Source: a virus (taxonomy: Duplodnaviria; Caudoviricetes). Taken from it: a stretch of DNA of 64,000 nucleotides. Under the pieces are notes generated by a model. The model was given only the letters and a program-made list of their open reading frames with translations. It was not told the DNA's origin and did not search any database. The stretch lies in the IMG/VR virus record IMGVR_UViG_3300035501_000922; one strand, written 5' to 3'. This document shows positions 1 to 7,973 of this stretch, piece by piece (the first letter of the stretch is position 1; each line of letters starts with the position of its first letter). A program made the translations under genes and the position numbers.

Positions 1-2157
1 GCTGCTCATGCTGAAGGAGCTGATACTCAGGCTGTGGGAAACCAGTCTCATGCTGAGGGTAATGGATGCACTACTGGAGATCCTGAGTTAAAAAAAGGTG
101 TTGGTAATAACGCACATGCTGAAGGACTACTTACACATGCATATGGTGAAAATTCTCACACAGAAGGAAACGCAACAACAACATATGGACAAACATCTCA
201 TGCTGAGGGTTATAGTACTACAGCGTATGCTGTATATTCTCATGCTGAAGGAGAATATACTAATGCATACGGGGAATGTTCACACGTTGAAGGTGCATCA
301 GGTAGTTCATCCGGAAAATATTCTCATTCTGAGGGTTATTCCAATTCATCTAATGGCGAAGCTTCGCATGCAGAAGGTGGTTCAACTACAGCCAATGCAA
401 CTTATGCTCACAGTGAAGGTAGTAGTACAACTGCCAGTTCAACAGCATCTCATGCTGAAGGTGGTTATACAACTGCAAGTGGCATACAATCTCATGCTGA
501 GGGTGGTGGTACGACTGCGAGTGGTAATCAATCTCATGCTGAAGGTGCCGCTACTCAGGCTATAGGAAACCAGTCTCATGCTGAAGGTGCTAGTACTACA
601 GCGAATGGAGACTACTCACATGCCGAAGGTGTTAATACTAAAGCAAACGGAGCTTATTCGCACGCTGAAGGTCTTTCTACTACATCAGGTGGAAATTATT
701 CCCATACTGAAGGAACACAAACTTATACATATGGACAGGATTGTCATGCTGAAGGTTATAGTACTAAATCAGGTGTTGATGGAAATAGCAATATTCAGCA
801 TTGTCATGCTGAAGGCATCTATAGTGTCGCATCTGGATATGCTTCACATGCTGAAAATGACAGTGTATCAAGTGGACAATATGCACATTCTGAGGGAACC
901 AGTACTGCAAGTGGCGATTGGTCACATGCCGAAGGTCAGGGATCTACTGCAAGTGGTTCTATATCTCATTCTGAAGGCTGTGCAACTGTAGCAAGTGGTC
1001 AATTCTCACACGCTGAAGGAAGCAATACAAAAGCGATTAGTTATTGTTCTCATGCAGAAGGATATAATTGTGTCGCTGGATTAAAAGATGATGAAAACAA
1101 CATTGAAAAGAAGTATTGTCACGCTGAAGGCCATGAAACCACAGCAACAGGAGATTATTCACACGCCGAGGGAGAAAGTACAACAGCCAGTGGTGACCAA
1201 TCGCATGCAGAAGGTGAATCAACCACGGCTAGCGGATCTTATGCTCATGTAGAGGGCTGCGGTGCTAAAGCAACAGGCATGAATTCACATGCAGAAGGTA
1301 ATTACACAACAGCAAGTGGAGTTTACTCCCATACTGAAGGTCGAAGCACAACTGCATCAGGTTATGTTTCTCATGCTGAGGGATCCGACACAACAGCCTC
1401 GGCTTCATATTCGCATACAGAAGGAAATAGCACACGTACATATGGAGATTACTCGCACGCTGAAGGTTGTGGAACTGTAGCTGGAAATAAGGATAACAGC
1501 AGTATGGCAAACAGTTGCCATTCTGAAGGAAATGCCACTACTGCAAGTGGTAATATGTCTCATGCTGAAGGAAGTAATACAATAGCCAGTGCTGATCAAT
1601 CCCATGCTGAGGGTTTAAATACTACGTCAAGCGGCGGAGGTGCACATTCAGAAGGGCAATATACTACTGCATCGGGTCAAGCTTCGCATGCAGAAGGTAT
1701 GTATAGTACAGCAAGTAATAGTATGGCCCATGCTGAAGGTGACGGAACGACTGCTAGTGGAGTTTATTCTCATTCTGAGGGACTTAGAACCACAGCAGTC
1801 GGATCAATGTCACATGCTGAAGGTTATGAAACTACTGCAAGTGGTTCTTCTTCGCATGCTTCTGGTTCTAATACCATTGCTTCAAGTGATAACCAAACAG
1901 TAATAGGAATATATAATGAGGAAAAAGAAAATCATTTATTTATAATCGGTAATGGTTCATACGATTCTGATAACAAAGAAGAAAGGCGATCCAATGCTTT
2001 TTCTGTTGACAATACCGGTAAAATTTATATTAATAATTCTGAAACAGGAATTGATTTAAATGATGTACTCGCAAGACTTGTTAAGTTAGAAGAAATTGTT
2101 AGTACTTTAGCTTCAAATTCTGATTCCGCAAATACCCTAGATGAAGAGGAGTTTTAA
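1..2157 (+). CDS. Tail fibre/adhesin-like protein with ~14-aa (S)HAEGxxTxAxG repeats (YadA-head-like beta-roll); 5' end outside window
   Basis: The frame is open from base 1. It carries dozens of HAEG repeats, a C-terminal FIIGNG...RSNAFSVD motif typical of these phage fibres, and a short coiled coil. Confidence 0.75.
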   Translation, partial: AAHAEGADTQAVGNQSHAEGNGCTTGDPELKKGVGNNAHAEGLLTHAYGENSHTEGNATTTYGQTSHAEGYSTTAYAVYSHAEGEYTNAYGECSHVEGASGSSSGKYSHSEGYSNSSNGEASHAEGGSTTANATYAHSEGSSTTASSTASHAEGGYTTASGIQSHAEGGGTTASGNQSHAEGAATQAIGNQSHAEGASTTANGDYSHAEGVNTKANGAYSHAEGLSTTSGGNYSHTEGTQTYTYGQDCHAEGYSTKSGVDGNSNIQHCHAEGIYSVASGYASHAENDSVSSGQYAHSEGTSTASGDWSHAEGQGSTASGSISHSEGCATVASGQFSHAEGSNTKAISYCSHAEGYNCVAGLKDDENNIEKKYCHAEGHETTATGDYSHAEGESTTASGDQSHAEGESTTASGSYAHVEGCGAKATGMNSHAEGNYTTASGVYSHTEGRSTTASGYVSHAEGSDTTASASYSHTEGNSTRTYGDYSHAEGCGTVAGNKDNSSMANSCHSEGNATTASGNMSHAEGSNTIASADQSHAEGLNTTSSGGGAHSEGQYTTASGQASHAEGMYSTASNSMAHAEGDGTTASGVYSHSEGLRTTAVGSMSHAEGYETTASGSSSHASGSNTIASSDNQTVIGIYNEEKENHLFIIGNGSYDSDNKEERRSNAFSVDNTGKIYINNSETGIDLNDVLARLVKLEEIVSTLASNSDSANTLDEEEF

Positions 2158-2159
2158 AT

Positions 2160-2894
2160 ATGAGTAATACAAGTGAATATGGAATAATTTCTAAAAAAAT
2201 TCTTACTAATATTGCTGATGCTATTAGAGATAAGAGCAACAGTAGTTCTACTATGAAACCCAGTCAGATGGCTTCGAATATTAAAGATATACCATCATCC
2301 AGTTCACCTAGTTATACACAAATATCATGTATTAGAGCAACAGGTGTACAACATATCAACACAGGTTTTACACCGTCATCAACTAATCTAAAATATATAG
2401 TAACTATGGCTAACACAAGTCTAGCATCAGGCACATCACGTGGTTCATTATTCGGTGGTGTTAATGAAAGTACAAATAAACGTTCCGGAGGAATCTGGCT
2501 TCAATCAGGTTATGACATGTTTGTTACTGTTGGTAGTGACCCTAAGTTTTGGTATACTCCGGTTATAACAGAAAAGTCTACCGCAACAATTATTGTTGAT
2601 GATAGTAATGTAACATTGACAGTTACTAATGACAGTACAGATGAATCAAATACATATGGACCAACATCATATTCAGGTAGTGTTGATACCAGATGTTACA
2701 TCTTCTCAGGAACATATTCTGATTTTCACACTTGTGGTGAATTATATGCCGCAAAAATATATCAAGATGATATCTTAGTACGTGACTTTATTCCCGTATT
2801 AGATAAGTTTAATAACGTAGCTTTATACGATAAAGTATATGAAAGATTTTACTACAATGAAGCAACTGATGTTGACTTCGAATACGAGTTATAA
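2160..2894 (+). CDS. Putative tail-fibre-associated protein with C-terminal lectin/LamG-like domain
   Basis: N-terminal LTNIADAIRDK...MKPSQMASNI motif and C-terminal KIYQDDILVRDFIPVLD...LYDKV motif, both seen in gut phage fibre proteins; RBS gaggag. Confidence 0.55.
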   Translation: MSNTSEYGIISKKILTNIADAIRDKSNSSSTMKPSQMASNIKDIPSSSSPSYTQISCIRATGVQHINTGFTPSSTNLKYIVTMANTSLASGTSRGSLFGGVNESTNKRSGGIWLQSGYDMFVTVGSDPKFWYTPVITEKSTATIIVDDSNVTLTVTNDSTDESNTYGPTSYSGSVDTRCYIFSGTYSDFHTCGELYAAKIYQDDILVRDFIPVLDKFNNVALYDKVYERFYYNEATDVDFEYEL

Positions 2895-2927
2895 ATCGTA
2901 ATTTTTTATTCTTAGTACATTATTCTA

Positions 2928-3018
2928 ACCCTAATAATTGGATAAGGGCTATATGTGTATAAATAGTTCTTATTGAACTATGGATAAATACACATATAGC
3001 TACTTCCGATTTTAGGGT
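2928..3018 (+). ncRNA. Rod-like hairpin RNA in the tRNA-Ser leader
   Basis: Nested pairings accctaa/ttagggt, aattgga/tccgatt, gctatatgtgtat/atacacatatagc and atagttc/gaactat; ends 3 nt before tRNA-Ser. Confidence 0.5.
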
Positions 3019-3021
3019 ATT

Positions 3022-3112
3022 GCAGAAATACCCAAGAGGCTGAAGGGAGCGGTCTTGAAAACCGCCAGCATGAGTAATCATGGCGTGGGTTCGACTCCCA
3101 CTTTCTGCGCCA
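3022..3112 (+). tRNA. tRNA-Ser(TGA)
   Basis: Acceptor gcagaaa/tttctgc, G73, encoded CCA; anticodon arm gcggt-cttgaaa-accgc; long variable arm; ggttcga T arm. Confidence 0.95.
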
Positions 3113-3123
3113 TTTATTATTAT

Positions 3124-3158
3124 AATGATGAGTAGTATTTATGCTACTCATCATTTTT
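3124..3158 (+). terminator. Intrinsic terminator
   Basis: aatgatgagtag...ctactcatcatt stem followed by a T tract. Confidence 0.7.
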
Positions 3159-3164
3159 ACTTAA

Positions 3165-3176
3165 AACATATACATA
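3165..3176 (+). promoter_or_regulatory. Late-type promoter AACA-N6-TA
   Basis: aaca-tataca-ta upstream of the ORF at 3216. Confidence 0.7.
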
Positions 3177-3215
3177 AAAATGATATAAAATATATCAAGA
3201 AAGGTTGTGTTTTAT

Positions 3216-3446
3216 ATGGCAAATAATTACATTGGTTCCACAAAGTACGTTGACTCAGCAGACAAGCTTACATCTGATTTTGGTTTTAATGGTGATATTG
3301 CATTTGTTGTTGAAACTTCCGAAGATGATGAAAAGTCTATTACTGGTCAGTACACCAAGTATGATGGAGAGTGGATTTCTGTTTCTGGAGCATCTGCTTC
3401 ATCTAGTACAACTCCACTTGACAATGTTGATGATGAAGACGTTTAA
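3216..3446 (+). CDS. Small acidic hypothetical protein
   Basis: RBS gaaagg, ATG at 3216, preceded by the promoter motif and followed by a terminator (~3454-3490). Confidence 0.65.
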   Translation: MANNYIGSTKYVDSADKLTSDFGFNGDIAFVVETSEDDEKSITGQYTKYDGEWISVSGASASSSTTPLDNVDDEDV

Positions 3447-3529
3447 AATTAATAAAGAAGAAGAATAGATGTACTATTCTTCTTCTTTTTATATAATAAA
3501 ATATTATTATAGTAACTTTATTCTAATGA

Positions 3530-3601
3530 GCGTCACTGATGTAACGGCTAACATAGGAAACTTTTAATTTTCATATCCGAGTTCGATTCTCGGGTGACGC
3601 A
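3530..3601 (+). tRNA. tRNA-Lys(TTT), CCA not encoded
   Basis: Acceptor gcgtcac/gtgacgc; anticodon arm ggaaa-cttttaa-ttttc; T arm ccgag-ttcgatt-ctcgg. Confidence 0.85.
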
Positions 3602-3616
3602 TTCTTTTAATAATTA

Positions 3617-3706
3617 GCAGAAATACCCAAGTGGTTAAGGGAGCGGTCTACTAAACCGCCAGCATGAGTAATCATGGCGTGGGTTCGACTCCCACTTTCT
3701 GCGCCA
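3617..3706 (+). tRNA. tRNA-Ser(ACT), A34 anticodon
   Basis: Near-identical to 3022..3112, but the anticodon loop is ctactaa; encoded CCA. Confidence 0.9.
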
Positions 3707-3753
3707 TTTATTTTTAATTTAACAATAAACTTAATTATAAAAAAGATAAATAT

Positions 3754-3842
3754 GCTCCTATGGCGAAATTGGCATACGCAAAGGACTTAAAATCCTTCGA
3801 TTGAAATATATCGTACCGGTTCAAGTCCGGTTGGGAGCACCA
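3754..3842 (+). tRNA. tRNA-Leu(TAA)
   Basis: Acceptor gctccta/tgggagc; anticodon arm aagga-cttaaaa-tcctt; long variable arm; CCA. Confidence 0.95.
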
Positions 3843-3845
3843 TAA

Positions 3846-4027
3846 GCTAGATGACATAGAGTAGGATTGGATGTTCGGAAGGCGCACCAAAGATCCTTAC
3901 AAACATCTAGCAAGTCTTCCTGTTAGAGCCGATGGGCACTGACCCGAGCGTAGAGAAGCCGGTAGTTCAGTTATGTTTCATCGGCATTATGTCTCAGTGA
4001 CTGGTTCAAGTCCAGTCTGAGAAGCCA
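3846..4027 (+). ncRNA. Unclassified structured RNA: two hairpins plus a 3' tRNA minihelix ending in GCCA
   Basis: Hairpins gctagatg/catctagc (3846-3911) and gccgatg/catcggc (3928-3985), then gtctcag-tg-actgg-ttcaagt-ccagt-ctgagaa-g-cca (3991-4027). GC-rich relative to its flanks. Confidence 0.65.
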
Positions 4028-4041
4028 TTCATTTTTTAAAT

Positions 4042-4078
4042 GGGGGCTTGTTGATATATTGCATATCAACAAGCCCCC
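4042..4078 (+). terminator. Intrinsic terminator
   Basis: gggggcttgttgatat...atatcaacaagccccc stem. Confidence 0.7.
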
Positions 4079-4114
4079 AACTTATTTATTTTATTATATA
4101 CAATATGTTAATTT

Positions 4115-4190
4115 TGGGTTATAGCCAAGAGGTAAGGCAACGGACTTTGACTCCGTCATTCCGCAGGTTCGAATCCCGCTAACCCAACCA
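4115..4190 (+). tRNA. tRNA-Gln(TTG)
   Basis: Acceptor tgggtta/taaccca; anticodon arm acgga-ctttgac-tccgt; CCA; terminator directly downstream. Confidence 0.92.
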
Positions 4191-4242
4191 AAGGAAGGAT
4201 ACTTTACGGTATCCTTCCTTTTTTATTCATAGAGCATCTAAA

Positions 4243-4254
4243 AACAATTCTTTA
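4243..4254 (+). promoter_or_regulatory. Late-type promoter AACA-N6-TA
   Basis: aaca-attctt-ta upstream of the CHAP lysin. Confidence 0.7.
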
Positions 4255-4272
4255 AAGAAAGAAGGTGTTCAT

Positions 4273-4974
4273 ATGGCTACTATTACATATGATAAATTTG
4301 TAAAAAATCACTTAGGCAAAGGTGTTGATTATGACTCGGTAGCAGGTGTACAGTGTGTCGACCTAGCTAAAGCATACCTTGATGAAGTATTTGGCATTAA
4401 ACCTGGTGCATGGGGTGATGCTTATTGTTATTATGATAATTTTAATAATCATAAGGAATTAGTTGCTAACTTTACAAGAATTGCTAATACCTCATCACTT
4501 GTCCCTAAAAAAGGTGATATTTGTGTGTGGAAATCAACTCTTAGTTCTGCAGGTCATGGTCACATTGCTATTGCAACAGGTGAAGGTGATACTACATATT
4601 TTTATAGTTATGACCAAAACTGGACGGGTAAGCATGACCCATGTACCAAAATTAAGCACAATTATAATCAATTTGCAGGTGTTCTTAGACCAAAAGACCA
4701 GACTAAGATTACAGGCGTTAAAACAACTGAAACAAAATCATTAGACACTACCGGTTTTAAAAAAGGCGATAAATCAGTTGGTGTATTAGCTCTTAAAAGA
4801 TTACTTCTTATTGCTAAAGCTAAAAAACTGATTTCCGTAACAGTTGATGATACTACTTCATTTGGTAGTGGAACTGAAAAAGCAGTAAATGCTCTCCTCT
4901 CAAAATGGGGATATAAAGAAACTGGTATTGCCGGTGAGAAGTTTATTAATAAACTCTATGAAAAGATTAAATAA
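4273..4974 (+). CDS. Endolysin: CHAP domain plus C-terminal peptidoglycan-binding-like domain
   Basis: GVQCVDL (Cys), GHGHIAIA (His) and DQNW motifs; C-terminus nearly identical to that of the GH25 lysin at 28842..29774. Confidence 0.88.
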   Translation: MATITYDKFVKNHLGKGVDYDSVAGVQCVDLAKAYLDEVFGIKPGAWGDAYCYYDNFNNHKELVANFTRIANTSSLVPKKGDICVWKSTLSSAGHGHIAIATGEGDTTYFYSYDQNWTGKHDPCTKIKHNYNQFAGVLRPKDQTKITGVKTTETKSLDTTGFKKGDKSVGVLALKRLLLIAKAKKLISVTVDDTTSFGSGTEKAVNALLSKWGYKETGIAGEKFINKLYEKIK

Positions 4975-4996
4975 AATTATAATTTAATTGTATATA

Positions 4997-5008
4997 AACA
5001 AATTGATA
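4997..5008 (+). promoter_or_regulatory. Late-type promoter AACA-N6-TA
   Basis: aaca-aattga-ta upstream of tRNA-CAT. Confidence 0.6.
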
Positions 5009-5106
5009 ATGCTAAAATAATATTGACCCACCAATGTTATTGATATCTTCTCTATTGTTACTTGAGATAGTTTGAATACCCCTAAACTATCTCAAGTCTA
5101 CTTTTA

Positions 5107-5183
5107 GGGACATTAGCTCAGTTGGTTAGAGCTTCCGGCTCATAACCGGATGGCCCTGGGTTCGAGTCCCCGATGTCCCACCA
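5107..5183 (+). tRNA. tRNA-CAT (probably Ile2; elongator Met not excluded)
   Basis: Acceptor gggacat/atgtccc; anticodon arm tccgg-ctcataa-ccgga; CCA. The body resembles Bacillota Ile2, and there is no initiator C1-A72 mismatch. Confidence 0.9.
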
Positions 5184-5256
5184 TTTATTTATTTTTAAAG
5201 ATTGATATAGACAAAATTAGTCTATATCAATCAATTTATTTTTATTCGTATTGAAA

Positions 5257-5268
5257 AACATTACTATA
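5257..5268 (+). promoter_or_regulatory. Late-type promoter AACA-N6-TA
   Basis: aaca-ttacta-ta upstream of 5303. Confidence 0.7.
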
Positions 5269-5302
5269 AAATTTATATTTCTAAGAAAGGAATGATTATA
5301 AT

Positions 5303-5584
5303 ATGCTTACAGGAATTATTGATTCTATCAGAAAAGAAAGAGCAACATTCTTACATGAAGTTAATTTTATCCGTGAAATGGCAAATGAAGATGTTATCGC
5401 TAATCAAGTTGATAAAGCAGAATCTCAGTATGTAAGAGAGACCACAGATGAACTCATTGAAGCTAAAGAAATGGTTGATGAGATGCCGTCTGATACTACA
5501 CAGGATGATGCTGAAATAAATAAAATCATGGAAGCGACTGAAGATATGTCTTTCGATGAAATGATAGGTCTTATTAATGATTAA
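5303..5584 (+). CDS. Small acidic hypothetical protein
   Basis: RBS gaaagga, promoter motif, and downstream terminator (~5589-5633). Confidence 0.7.
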   Translation: MLTGIIDSIRKERATFLHEVNFIREMANEDVIANQVDKAESQYVRETTDELIEAKEMVDEMPSDTTQDDAEINKIMEATEDMSFDEMIGLIND

Positions 5585-5655
5585 ATATAATATAGATATG
5601 TGATAACTCTTTATATCACATATCTATATTTTTATTTTAAGGGGTGTGTATTAAC

Positions 5656-5865
5656 ATGACTGAAAAATTATGTATTGTAAAATCATCTGGTATATTACCA
5701 ATAAAAAGTCAAATAGCAGGTCCAATATTAATCCCTACGATATTTTCAATTGAAGATATAATAGTCCTTGTTAATTGTAAAAATGATGTTTATGAAGTTA
5801 ATCCGAACGTTTATTCACAAACCATAAAATTAACTAAAACCAATATGACACAAACTAATTTCTAA
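5656..5865 (+). CDS. Hypothetical protein
   Basis: RBS aaggggtg; ATG at 5656. Confidence 0.55.
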   Translation: MTEKLCIVKSSGILPIKSQIAGPILIPTIFSIEDIIVLVNCKNDVYEVNPNVYSQTIKLTKTNMTQTNF

Positions 5866-5913
5866 TATTCAGAAAGACACATCCTTAATCTAAAAATGAA
5901 AGGATGATTTTTA

Positions 5914-6636
5914 ATGGAAAAAACAATAAAAATCAAAGCTGACGAATCATCAAAATATTATATTTATAAAAAAGACTATGATGATTCAAAAACTTTAACA
6001 CGTGAAAATATGTTAAGAGCTACTTGTCCAACATTTGAAAAAGTCCCGTTTGAGCAATTCCTTAAAGACTGGAAGAACCTTTACGGAGATGATAAATCTG
6101 ACTTTGAAGATGTTGATGAAAACGTTGTTAAAGATATTTATGATAAAATTCAAATTCCTAAACGTAGTACAAAGGGTTCAGCAGGATATGATTTTACATT
6201 TCCAGTAGGATTTACATTACCTTGTGCACATAGTATTGTAATCCCAACTGGTATTAGATGTAGAATGCCTGTAAATTGTGTATTGCTTATTGTACCTAGA
6301 AGTGGCTTAGGTTTCAAATATAGAATATCCGTAATGAACACTGTAGGTGTAATTGATTCTGATTATTACAATGCAAAAAACTATGGTCACATCATGATTA
6401 AAATTGTTTACGACGGTGATGATTTTAATACTCTCTTGGAAACAGAATATGATCATGGACTTATGTTGAAATGTAATAATAGGGAAAAACAAACTGATAC
6501 ACAGCTTAGTTTTGAGCCTGATAAAGGTTTTGCTCAAGGTATATTTACAGAGTACATGATAACATCTAATGAGTTATTGTCTGAAGAAACATTAGATGAA
6601 AGAACTGGTGGATTTGGTTCTACTGATAATAAATAA
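5914..6636 (+). CDS. dut: Trimeric dUTPase
   Basis: Motifs SAGYD, PRSGLG, GVIDSDY, AQGIF and C-terminal RTGGFGST. Confidence 0.95.
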   Translation: MEKTIKIKADESSKYYIYKKDYDDSKTLTRENMLRATCPTFEKVPFEQFLKDWKNLYGDDKSDFEDVDENVVKDIYDKIQIPKRSTKGSAGYDFTFPVGFTLPCAHSIVIPTGIRCRMPVNCVLLIVPRSGLGFKYRISVMNTVGVIDSDYYNAKNYGHIMIKIVYDGDDFNTLLETEYDHGLMLKCNNREKQTDTQLSFEPDKGFAQGIFTEYMITSNELLSEETLDERTGGFGSTDNK

Positions 6637-6693
6637 AACTTAAATAATGGTATAGTGATTATTTTCACTATACCATTATTTATTTTAATAAAA

Positions 6694-6705
6694 AACAATT
6701 TACTA
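6694..6705 (+). promoter_or_regulatory. Late-type promoter AACA-N6-TA
   Basis: aaca-atttac-ta upstream of 6730. Confidence 0.7.
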
Positions 6706-6729
6706 ATCATTAAAAGGGGTGACTACATA

Positions 6730-7500
6730 ATGGAGAACTTATTTTATGAAGAAGCTTTTGTTTTTGAAACTTCGGAGTCTATCTACAGTAGTAGGCTGGA
6801 TAGTTATATATTAGAATATACAGAAGCTTATAATAAAAAACACTATATAACTGAAAGCGAACACAAGTCATTACTTGTTAAAATAAAAGAATTCTTTACA
6901 AATATCATTACATCATTAAAAACTTTTCATACGAGTATAATAACTAAATTACGTAGTTTTGCAAGAGAGAATACTATTGAAATAAAATTACGTAGTTTAA
7001 GAAAAGAACTTAATGAAAAGAAAGATAATGGGCAAAAATATATCAAAACAATTGATTTAGTGAAGTATGAAAAAACATATATAAAAATGGTTGATAGTTT
7101 GTGGGAATATGCACAGAAATTTGAAAAGGTTGACTATAGAACAGTAGACCAAATTGATAGAGACCTTGCTAAGTTTAATTCATTATATGAAAAATATAAT
7201 ACTGAACTTGATGAAATAGCAAAAAAAGAATATACTATGAAAATTACAGATGCAATAAACTTTGTTTCTAAAGAGATAGATGGTAGGTCTAAAGTAATTG
7301 AGACTATAAATCAATCTATTAATAAAGTTAAAGAAATGAAAACAAGTGCTGAGAACTTAGAGTTGAAAAGAAATACATTAGGAAGTGATGTCATTCCTAA
7401 ACATGTATTCTTTTTAAAAAGAATGTGTAACTCAATAACTGCATTTATCAGAAAAGCAGTTAGTAAGTTCATTACAGTAGTAGTATTTCTATTTGCATAA
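6730..7500 (+). CDS. Putative internal head/virion protein (acidic leader, ES-type sites)
   Basis: RBS aggggtg; acidic N-terminus with ITES followed by the KIKEFFTNII amphipathic helix, as in the 13.7-24.5 kb family. Confidence 0.55.
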   Translation: MENLFYEEAFVFETSESIYSSRLDSYILEYTEAYNKKHYITESEHKSLLVKIKEFFTNIITSLKTFHTSIITKLRSFARENTIEIKLRSLRKELNEKKDNGQKYIKTIDLVKYEKTYIKMVDSLWEYAQKFEKVDYRTVDQIDRDLAKFNSLYEKYNTELDEIAKKEYTMKITDAINFVSKEIDGRSKVIETINQSINKVKEMKTSAENLELKRNTLGSDVIPKHVFFLKRMCNSITAFIRKAVSKFITVVVFLFA

Positions 7501-7548
7501 AAATGATATGTGATGTATGAAAAGCATACATCACATATTTATTTATAA

Positions 7549-7560
7549 TTATATATTATT
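7549..7560 (+). promoter_or_regulatory. Early-type promoter TTATATATTATT
   Basis: One of six copies, each upstream of a non-structural gene; resembles the phiKZ early consensus TATATTAC. Confidence 0.6.
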
Positions 7561-7657
7561 TACATGAAGAAGCAAAATAATGTGAGTGTAGAAGGCGTCT
7601 CTTCTACACTCACGATGTTCATGTTTCTTCTAATTTTATTTTACGAGGTGAAAAAAC

Positions 7658-7918
7658 ATGAGATTTTGGATTGTACGTACACGAACAATCGACATGAAAG
7701 CTTTGTACTTCCCATTTATTAGCGAGAAGAAAGCTAAGAACTTTGCTAAGCGTCAAGGCACACATGCAATAGAAATGTGTACAACAGACAAAGATTGGTA
7801 TACCAATCTCGGTAAGTGGATTCTGACGCTCGATAATGTAAATGTGTTGAGCTTCCATGATACCCTTTCTGTTTATGCATTGACAAAAACAGAATATACA
7901 AACAATTTAACAGCTTAA
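7658..7918 (+). CDS. Hypothetical protein (early)
   Basis: RBS gaggtg; early motif upstream. Confidence 0.65.
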   Translation: MRFWIVRTRTIDMKALYFPFISEKKAKNFAKRQGTHAIEMCTTDKDWYTNLGKWILTLDNVNVLSFHDTLSVYALTKTEYTNNLTA

Positions 7919-7973
7919 AGCTGCATACATAGAAACCCAATATAAGGAGGATTTTATTCCTTCTTTTTTTATC

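Noticed and set aside
1-1900. ~42-nt periodic catgctgaagg repeats as a CRISPR array
   Set aside because: The repeats are in-frame codons for HAEG with synonymous variation inside one long ORF, and there are no cas genes.
1-2894. Diversity-generating retroelement target in the fibre genes
   Set aside because: No reverse transcriptase and no template/variable repeat pair differing at adenines was seen in this window.
3846-4027. tmRNA, theta (HDV-like) ribozyme or SRP RNA
   Set aside because: There is no G3-U70 pair or tag ORF, and the acceptor 5' strand is local. I could not build an HDV P3/L3/P1.1. The GGAA loop lacks the SRP CAGG/AGCA internal loop.
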